A program made the position numbers and the translations under genes. The notes below the pieces were generated by a model, which saw nothing but the letters and a program-made list of their open reading frames with translations, was not told the origin of the DNA and did no database searches. Positions 47,912 through 54,673 of a stretch of DNA of 54,673 bases are shown piece after piece (position 1 is the first letter of the stretch; the number at the start of each line of letters is the position of its first letter). Source of the stretch: Bacteriovoracia bacterium (GTDB taxonomy: Bacteria > Bdellovibrionota > Bacteriovoracia > Bacteriovoracales > Bacteriovoracaceae). The stretch spans positions 1-54,673 of the forward strand of contig JBKHVI010000012.1 in assembly GCA_046570105.1 (NCBI GenBank), in the 5' to 3' direction.

Positions 47912-49085
47912 TTTGTTCAAAAAATTGGGGGAAGGATTTATTCACTGCACCTGAGTGAGTGATTGTTCCCCCACTCTTCATCAAAAACAAAACTCCCACC
48001 ATAACTAAGCGATGATCTGCCGGAACACTTAAGCTGGCCGGAGCTTTTGGTTCACCACCTACGATCTCCAGCGTGTCTTTTGACTGATCGTAGCTCGCTT
48101 CTATCTGGACATGTTTCAAAAGGTCGAGCAGCGCTTGCAAGCGATCACTCTCCTTATGACGAAGCACACTTACATCTCGCAGGACTGATTTGCCTTTCAG
48201 ATGTGAACATAGATAGGCCAGCGCAATGGAGAGATCAGGACAAGAGGAAATGGAAAGATCAAGTGGTGGACGAGTTTTGAGACCGTGTCCCTGAATCCCA
48301 TTTTCATTTTGTGTAATCGCCCCACGCTCTTTTAATAGATCAAAAAGAATACTATCAGCTTGAGCATCTTTTTTGAGTCCAGCGAGCTTCACCGGCTTAT
48401 CTGAGACAGCGGCAAAGACTAATGGATAAGCAGCGGAACTCCAATCCAGTGGTACATTCACATCACGCTTGGCGATTTCCTGGCAGCAATCAAGCGTCAT
48501 CTGCCAGTAGGCCTGAGACGTTTTGAGTTCCTCTGGCCTGAGGTTGTAACCATCTTGATGAAAAGCGAGCTTCAATGCCGAAGCAAACTGCGTGCTTCTG
48601 GCGGCTGAAATACTTTGAGGAAGTTTGGCCAGCTCAATAGGTCCTTGCACATGCAATTGATTGTCTAGCCACTCTATCTTGGCGCCAGCCACCTTAAGCG
48701 CATCGATGAGTTCGTCCCAAGGTCGCTCACTCAAGCGCGCCTTCATTTTAAGTACATATTCATTCTTTCCAGAGGCGAGCAAGACCAAAAGAAAACGAGC
48801 CGTCGTTCCGCCTTCGCCGACCTCAATCTCGATGGGTTGAAGTTGCTTTTTTTCGCATTCGGGAAATTTATTTTTAAAACAAGCAGCATCCGCGCCATCG
48901 ATTTGCAGACCGATTTTTTTGAGGGCGAGAAGCAAGTATTGTACATCTTCACTTTGAGGAAGCGAGCGAATAACCACTCCATCACCTATTCGTGCAGCTA
49001 GAATGAGAAAGCGATTCGCGTGTGACTTGGAGCCGGGAAGAAGAGTGTCAGGCTTAAAGTGACTAGGCTCAACCCTTAAAGTCAC
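47895..49085 (-). CDS. aroA: 3-phosphoshikimate 1-carboxyvinyltransferase
   Basis: PGSKSHANR, GEGGTTARF, RP..EL, STQFASAL, DWSSA, LRHKESDR, DHR, KSFP.F. Confidence 0.9.
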   Translation of the reverse strand: MTLRVEPSHFKPDTLLPGSKSHANRFLILAARIGDGVVIRSLPQSEDVQYLLLALKKIGLQIDGADAACFKNKFPECEKKQLQPIEIEVGEGGTTARFLLVLLASGKNEYVLKMKARLSERPWDELIDALKVAGAKIEWLDNQLHVQGPIELAKLPQSISAARSTQFASALKLAFHQDGYNLRPEELKTSQAYWQMTLDCCQEIAKRDVNVPLDWSSAAYPLVFAAVSDKPVKLAGLKKDAQADSILFDLLKERGAITQNENGIQGHGLKTRPPLDLSISSCPDLSIALAYLCSHLKGKSVLRDVSVLRHKESDRLQALLDLLKHVQIEASYDQSKDTLEIVGGEPKAPASLSVPADHRLVMVGVLFLMKSGGTITHSGAVNKSFPQFFEQIIRER

Positions 49086-50070
49086 TTAACGCCTCCAGGC
49101 GACTTCGTAACTGGGGAAGGCTAACAGGCTCAATACGAGGTGATCCGATCTTATCAACCAGAATAATATTGATACCAGTCGTCGAGCGTTTTTTGTCATG
49201 ACCCAAGGCCTGCCAAAAAGCGTCTTTATCAAATCTCGCTTTGTAATGAGTAATATCAATCTTGTCTTCATCAATATCAAGTTTACGGACAAGTTTTGAA
49301 AACTCTTCGAACATGTCTTTTTGATCAAAAGCTTTCAAGATGTATTTCAATCCCATCGCCACGGCCAATCCGTGAGAAATTTTAAGATTATGTTCAAAGG
49401 CATGTCCAAGAGTATGACCAAGATTCAAATAGGCTCGCTCGCCTTGATCTTTAAAGTCGCGCGATACTAAATCAAGCTTGTACCGTGCGCACTGAAGAAT
49501 AAGATCTTCAGTCAAAATTTTCATTTCCATGACTGCATCGTGAATGCCCTGATCAAGTAATCCATACTTAACAATTTCGCCTTTACCAGATGCTAGATCT
49601 TGGCTTGTAAGCGTTTTCAGAAAGTCAGAGCAAATCCAAATTTCGTCTGGTGCATGAAAGGCACCTAAAAGATTTTTGCCATGTTTGGTATTCAGTGCCG
49701 TTTTTCCACCAATGGCAGCATCAACCATGCCCATCAATGTTGTAGGTATCGCCGTCCAACTAACCCCACGATGAATTGTGGCCGCCATAAATCCTGCAAA
49801 ATCAGTCGTAGCACCGCCACCAATACCAAGAATCCGATGGCCGCGCTGGATCCCTTGCTTCAAAAAGAAATCAATTGCTTCAGAGAAGACTTCTAAGTTT
49901 TTTTGATCTTCAGGACGTTGTAGCCAAAATACATCAGGTGAAAACTGCAACCATTGCGGTAGCATGTTTTTGACTCGGGCATCCACTACGGAATAAACAC
50001 GTTGTTCACGCGCACGCTCAAGAGCGTTGGCCAATTCGAGTTGCTTATAGGATAGAATTTTGGAATTCAT
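49069..50070 (-). CDS. aroB: 3-dehydroquinate synthase
   Basis: GGGATTDFAGF.A....RG, PTTL..MVDAAIGGKT, KNLLGAF, LNLGHT.GHA.E, HGLAVA.G, DKK. Confidence 0.93.
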   Translation of the reverse strand: MNSKILSYKQLELANALERAREQRVYSVVDARVKNMLPQWLQFSPDVFWLQRPEDQKNLEVFSEAIDFFLKQGIQRGHRILGIGGGATTDFAGFMAATIHRGVSWTAIPTTLMGMVDAAIGGKTALNTKHGKNLLGAFHAPDEIWICSDFLKTLTSQDLASGKGEIVKYGLLDQGIHDAVMEMKILTEDLILQCARYKLDLVSRDFKDQGERAYLNLGHTLGHAFEHNLKISHGLAVAMGLKYILKAFDQKDMFEEFSKLVRKLDIDEDKIDITHYKARFDKDAFWQALGHDKKRSTTGINIILVDKIGSPRIEPVSLPQLRSRLEALSDFKG

Positions 50071-50106
50071 GAGTGATTTCTTATCGGACAAACTTTAAGG
50101 TATCTA

Positions 50107-50748
50107 ATGGCGAATGTTGATGATTTTTTAATTATTCGAGAATACGACTCTCTTAGTCGAGAGGCTAACTCCTTAAAGTCGCAGATGGACGAGGAGCTTA
50201 CTCGGTTAAAACAACGCGAAACTGACTTAGCTGACCGGCAAGCTCTGCTCAAAACACGCGAAACTGATATGCGCTCACTTAACGATCAGATCGCTGAACT
50301 CGATCGAAAGCTCGCCCAACGTCTCTCGCCAGAAATGGCTGCCAAAGTCGAAGAAGAGGGCCTTGCGATGCTGATTCGACAGCAAGAACTTGAAGTGGAA
50401 ATTGAGGAGCACAAAACTTTTCTCGCCGGTTTCAGTAAAACCGTAAAGGAAATCCGTGAGGAAATTGAACTCAATTTAAGTAATCACAAAATGAAACGGG
50501 ATATGACTTTGGAGCGAGCACAAAATCTGTTCACGACTCTTCCGGAGGATTGGCAGAAAGCTTATCAAAAAATTGCTGCTAAAAATCCTGCTCACGGAGT
50601 CTTCACTCGGCTTGATGGTCTCAAGTGTCAGTTCTGCCGAGGCGCTGTTTCCAAGGTTTTTGAGTCCGAAGTCGATACTCAATTCCAACTTAAGGCCTGC
50701 CCAAGTTGTGGAAGGCTCGTTCTCCCCTACAAGACGGTTGCCGGCTAA
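50107..50748 (+). CDS. Coiled-coil protein with C4 zinc ribbon (CT398-like)
   Basis: Long coiled coil, CQFC...CPSCGRL; this family often lies upstream of rnpB. Confidence 0.8.
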   Translation: MANVDDFLIIREYDSLSREANSLKSQMDEELTRLKQRETDLADRQALLKTRETDMRSLNDQIAELDRKLAQRLSPEMAAKVEEEGLAMLIRQQELEVEIEEHKTFLAGFSKTVKEIREEIELNLSNHKMKRDMTLERAQNLFTTLPEDWQKAYQKIAAKNPAHGVFTRLDGLKCQFCRGAVSKVFESEVDTQFQLKACPSCGRLVLPYKTVAG

Positions 50749-50767
50749 GGCCTTAAGGGTTTATAAC
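50738..50767 (+). promoter_or_regulatory. Sigma-70-type promoter of rnpB
   Basis: TTGCCG-N18-TATAAC just upstream of the RNA 5' end. Confidence 0.55.
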
Positions 50768-50773
50768 GCCAGA

Positions 50774-51069
50774 ACCGAGAAAAGGGGATCATCGTCGGGG
50801 GGCAACCCCGGGAGGAAAGTCCGGACACCACAAAGCATCGTAGCGGGTAACGCCCGCCCATCGTGAGGTGAGGACAAGTGCAACAGAAAGTATGTACAGG
50901 TAATGCTGTAGTGAAACCAGGTAAACTCTACGAGGTGCAAGCTCACATAGGTGAACGCCTGAGGCCCGCTTGGCCGATGTTCACGGGTAGAGTGCTGGAG
51001 CCCAGGGGTAACTCTGGGCCTAGAGGAATGATGGTCTAAAACAGAATCCGGCTTATCCCTTTTCTCGGT
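50774..51069 (+). ncRNA. rnpB: RNase P RNA (compact)
   Basis: GAGGAAAGTCCGG, AGTGCAACAGAAA, GGTAAACTC, ACAGAATCCGGCTTA; P1 ends accgagaaaaggg / cccttttctcggt pair. Confidence 0.95.
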
Positions 51070-51214
51070 CTTTATATCCAGGACGGATGGTATGCCGCCG
51101 AAGCCAGGAGGCGAGAGGCGGCGATATGACCATTATCATACCTATAGCTTTTACCCACATTTCCCCTAAAAACCGGTATTTAGGCTAAAACTCTCCCACT
51201 TCAAAGGGTGAGAT

Positions 51215-52099
51215 ATGTTTAAGAGCTTCGACAAGCCGGAGAATATTCAATTACTCGATCGCGAGCCATTTAAATTCAAGCATCGCTTGATGGGCCATCC
51301 TGCATTGAGTATCGAAAGCCTTACGAAGGCTTTGCCTGAATTAGCTCCTCACCAAGTGATGTACTCGAAAGGTCTCACTGATCTTGGAATCAATTTTGAT
51401 AAAGCGCATATCGAACATAAAAACGGTCTCACACTCACTGAAACGATTGAGAATATTCGTACTTCTAACTCTTACATCGCTGTTAAAAACCCGGAAGTTC
51501 ATCCGTCGTTTCATGGTCTCTTCAACGATCTGGTCGATGATGTCAGCCAATTGATGCAAATCCGTGGTTCAGGCAAACGCGCTATGGAGCCGATGTTTTG
51601 AATGTTCATTGCATCACCTAACGCCTTTACTCCTTTTCACTTCGATCGCTATTCTAATTTTCTCATGCAGTTTCGCGGCAGCAAAGAAGTGGCGGTGTTC
51701 CCACCCATGCATGAAGAAGTCATCAGTGCCGAAGACTGTGAAGCCTATATCGATCGCACGGAACAGCGCCCACCTTGGGATGAGAGCAAAGATAAATTTG
51801 CAACGAAGTTTCATTTCACTCCCGGTGAAATGATTCATATTCCATTCGTCTCTGGTCACTATGTGAAGAATGGCCCGGAAGATGTTTCGATTTCATTGTC
51901 GTTCTTTTTCCATAACGACCACACCATGCAATCAACTCGTGCCCTGCAACTTAATCACCGCCTGCGTCGTCGCATGAAGATGGTAGGAATGAAACCAACA
52001 CCGGTGGGAATTCACCCAAGCCTTGATCGTATTAAGGCCGACGTATTGCCTATGGCCAATGGTGTTGGACGCTTAATGGGGAAACTTAGAAATCGCTAA
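51215..52099 (+). pseudogene. JmjC/cupin-like dioxygenase interrupted by an in-frame TGA at 51599-51601
   Basis: ORFs 51215-51601 and 51602-52099 share a frame (EPMF*MFIASP); TPFHFD...NFLMQ..G.K...PGE...IP....H.V motif lies in the second half. Confidence 0.75.
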
Positions 52100-53136
52100 T
52101 TGATCTTGGCCAGACACTTCTCGCTTGCGGTAGAGAGGTTGCTGTTCGCATCACCCAATTCTCGCCAACTCGTTTCACGAGCAAAGCTCCATTCTTTCCA
52201 CTCTGTATGATTTATCTCTAGCACATGATTGGTAATTGAATATTTTGTGATACCCGTCTTCACGATGGGCAAATCTTTTGTCGCAAGCTTTGTCTTGAGT
52301 GGAAGATATTGCTGCATCTTTTTATCGTCACAGGAAATAACAAATGTCGGTAATTCCCACTGACCTGCTAACCACTCACCCTCTGACTTTTGATACGCTA
52401 AAACTTTGGAGCCTTTTTTCACAACGACTCGAAGAAGACTCAAATTATACTCTACTGCTTTTTTCTTATCCACTATCGGGCCTGCGGGATAACTTAAAGC
52501 ACTCCCGAGTTTGAAGGCCTGACAATTTTTTTTCACCGGACAAATTTCACAAGAGACTCGATTGGCCTGACAGATGGTACGACCCAAATCCATCAGCGCT
52601 TCATTTAATGCACGAAAAGAGTGATGGCGCTCTTTGACAATTTTCTTTTCAATAAAGAGTTGTGCGAGCTGCTTTTGTAAGCGCGGACCTTTGGCAGTTT
52701 TAATTCCATAAATGCGGGCCAACACTCTTTCTAGGTTGGCATCGACAGCAAGAGCAGGTTGATCCATACCAATCGCTACGAGAGCATTGGCGGTATAAGG
52801 ACCGATACCTGGAATCAGTTGAAGTTCATCAAGGCCTTTGGGAAATTCTCCTTTCCAGTCTTGGGCGATTTTCTCAGCAATCTTTTTTAAATTCTTAGCA
52901 CGACGGTAATAGCCCAGGCCTTTCCACGCCACGAGCAGTTCTTCTTCACTCGCGCTCGCTAATGTTTTGAGATCAGGGAAGCGCACAAGGAAGCGCTCAA
53001 AATGTTGCAGCACAGTTGCGACAGTCGTTTGTTGCAACATGATTTCCGACACAAGGGTGCGGTAGAGCGTGCGCTTGTGACGCCAGGGCAGATGACCAAA
53101 TTCTTTGGCCGACCAGTTGAGCAATTGATCCCACAT
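52096..53136 (-). CDS. mutY: A/G-specific adenine glycosylase
   Basis: LPWR, VSEIMLQQT, WKGLGYYRRA.NL, PGIGPYTA, VDAN..RV, ALMDLG..IC......C..CP....C. Confidence 0.95.
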   Translation of the reverse strand: MWDQLLNWSAKEFGHLPWRHKRTLYRTLVSEIMLQQTTVATVLQHFERFLVRFPDLKTLASASEEELLVAWKGLGYYRRAKNLKKIAEKIAQDWKGEFPKGLDELQLIPGIGPYTANALVAIGMDQPALAVDANLERVLARIYGIKTAKGPRLQKQLAQLFIEKKIVKERHHSFRALNEALMDLGRTICQANRVSCEICPVKKNCQAFKLGSALSYPAGPIVDKKKAVEYNLSLLRVVVKKGSKVLAYQKSEGEWLAGQWELPTFVISCDDKKMQQYLPLKTKLATKDLPIVKTGITKYSITNHVLEINHTEWKEWSFARETSWRELGDANSNLSTASEKCLAKIN

Positions 53137-53155
53137 AAGGAGTTGATGCTAAGGT

Positions 53156-53923
53156 TTACTCACACGACTTGGCCAGATCAGAGATGAAGTCCAGCATTTG
53201 TGCAGCAGGGAAAGTTCCGCGATCCCCGCGTATCTTGGCATTTTTACTTTCTAGGTACTGTGAAAGTTCCGCCTGGTATTCGTAGACGTCAGTAATGAGA
53301 AGAAGTTTCTTGGCGGTAGACTCTTCCATCCAGTGAATGAGGCGTTTCGCATCATTCATTCCCTGATTCACACAGGCGCCAGCCGCCGAGCCTAAATCGC
53401 GAATCGAGGTATCAAATCCTTTTATCACGGGAGATTTTTTACATGTGCTTTTCAGTGACTCATAAAGCTTGGCGCGATGACAGCTTCCTTTGCCATCACC
53501 CGCATCCATCGCGCGCATCGATGAGCTGACATCTATCCACACTTCTAATTCAGCTTTTCCAGTAGGCTTTCCATCAGGTTGGGCCTTGCCACAGAAAATA
53601 TCAAAGGCATATTTAGCATCACAATTTACTAAGGATCGATTAATGCTTGTTGCTGTAGGTAGCTGGGGAAGTCCTTCATCAATAGCAATTTCTTTTGCTT
53701 CTTCCTTAATTTCTACTTTTCTGGAATAAAGACCAATCTTGGGATCAAAACAATAATCTCCAACCGGCTCACAGGCCTGTACAATTAAATTTTCATTATG
53801 CAATTGAGGAGAAAGCAGATGTGACCACTGAGCAGTCGCTGGTGGCGAGACAAACCAGACTTCAATTTCTTGAGGGGCACTCCAAACGTTGAGGGCACTC
53901 AATAGTAGAATCCATAAAAACAT
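53156..53923 (-). CDS. Secreted hypothetical protein with vWA-like MIDAS motif
   Basis: Signal peptide; WIDVSSSM (DxSxS), LLITD. Confidence 0.55.
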   Translation of the reverse strand: MFLWILLLSALNVWSAPQEIEVWFVSPPATAQWSHLLSPQLHNENLIVQACEPVGDYCFDPKIGLYSRKVEIKEEAKEIAIDEGLPQLPTATSINRSLVNCDAKYAFDIFCGKAQPDGKPTGKAELEVWIDVSSSMRAMDAGDGKGSCHRAKLYESLKSTCKKSPVIKGFDTSIRDLGSAAGACVNQGMNDAKRLIHWMEESTAKKLLLITDVYEYQAELSQYLESKNAKIRGDRGTFPAAQMLDFISDLAKSCE

Positions 53924-54540
53924 TAGAATTCCACATTTCTCTGACGAACATAACGAAAGACAGCATCCCCTAGATCCACAATCAAATCTCGATCAGCGAC
54001 TTCGAGATCGAGGAAGTCGGTAATATAGGCTTTCTGACGAGGCGAGAGAGTCTGTAGCTTTTCACGGATACTGACTTCTACAGTGCGTGTCGCTTGGGTG
54101 TTGTTGTTTTGATTATTGTTACCGCTTTCCCCAAAGGGCATGGTGGTTTTCTTTCCACCAATATTAATAGTGGCGGCCGTTCTCTGCTTGGGGCGATCAT
54201 CACCGCCACCCTGATTATTTTCTTGCGTGCCGGTGTTGGTATTTTCGTTATTGAGCTTTTGATCTTTATAGAATTGCACCAAACGCTTAAACGTATCCGT
54301 AGAATCTTCCGCTACTCCATCAATCACTTCATGCAGAGGAATAGCGAGAGTTGCGATGATGTTAGCGACCAGTTGTTCATCCACACTCGCCGTTTTGAGA
54401 TTAAGAAATCGACTCATCGTCGAGATACCTACTCCCGTCATCTCAGAGAGATCCTTCTGTGTGAGTCCACCTCTGAGCTGCATGTACTTACGCGTGACAG
54501 CGAGGAAGTTTTCTAAGAAGTCGGCGCTAAAGTTGATCAT
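53923..54540 (-). CDS. XRE-family HTH transcriptional regulator
   Basis: LTQKDLSEMTGVGISTMSRFLN. Confidence 0.85.
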   Translation of the reverse strand: MINFSADFLENFLAVTRKYMQLRGGLTQKDLSEMTGVGISTMSRFLNLKTASVDEQLVANIIATLAIPLHEVIDGVAEDSTDTFKRLVQFYKDQKLNNENTNTGTQENNQGGGDDRPKQRTAATINIGGKKTTMPFGESGNNNQNNNTQATRTVEVSIREKLQTLSPRQKAYITDFLDLEVADRDLIVDLGDAVFRYVRQRNVEF

Positions 54541-54626
54541 AGGCCCTCCCGGGCTTTAGGGTCATAAGCTAACCCTACGCTTTTCTTGTCGGAATGAAAT
54601 AAAATTGCATAAAGGAATTTTTTGCA

Positions 54627-54655
54627 TTGACTCGATGCCCAAAAAGCCATACAAT
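54627..54655 (+). promoter_or_regulatory. Near-consensus sigma-70 promoter facing out of the window
   Basis: TTGACT-N17-TACAAT. Confidence 0.65.
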
Positions 54656-54673
54656 TGCAGTCAGGAACACGCA

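Noticed and set aside
50761..50946. Short ORFs over the rnpB region and other antisense/shadow ORFs in the track
   Set aside because: They overlap RNase P RNA or well-supported genes and carry no motifs.
51599..51601. Alternative genetic code or selenocysteine
   Set aside because: Many genes here end in TGA, the position is not a catalytic Cys site, and no SECIS was recognised.
1..54673. CRISPR array, rRNA or IS transposase
   Set aside because: No regularly spaced direct repeats, rRNA signatures or transposase motifs were seen by eye.

Overview
Bacterial chromosomal window, probably Bdellovibrionota/Bacteriovoracaceae-like (inferred from gene content and style; not proven). It has three parts. 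(1) 1-26022 is a dense biosynthetic or surface-modification cluster: six radical SAM enzymes (one a TRAM-less methylthiotransferase), three paralogous GT4s, a GT9, a Wzm/Wzt-type ABC exporter, a carbamoyltransferase, a DegT aminotransferase, a methyltransferase, a nucleotidyltransferase-like protein, a soluble S24/S26 peptidase, a sterol-desaturase-family protein, secreted FG-GAP/ASPIC-UnbV proteins, UDP-glucuronate decarboxylase, and a stand-alone S74 autoprotease carrying only a ~51-aa N-terminal peptide (possible precursor). (2) 26025-33967 is a ~7.9-kb element integrated in the 3' end of a tRNA(CAT) by a large serine recombinase. Both junctions are visible (TGGTGG core; the rebuilt attP has a 9-bp inverted repeat centred on GG). 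Excision would fuse the recombinase in frame to an HTH ORF from the opposite end (546 to 619 aa). (3) 34060-54673 is housekeeping backbone: dapF, tlyA (likely CTG start), apt, cobB, asnB, aroA, aroB, a compact RNase P RNA, mutY, secreted proteases and a JmjC/cupin gene split by an in-frame TGA. All calls come from motifs read by eye; no database searches were run.
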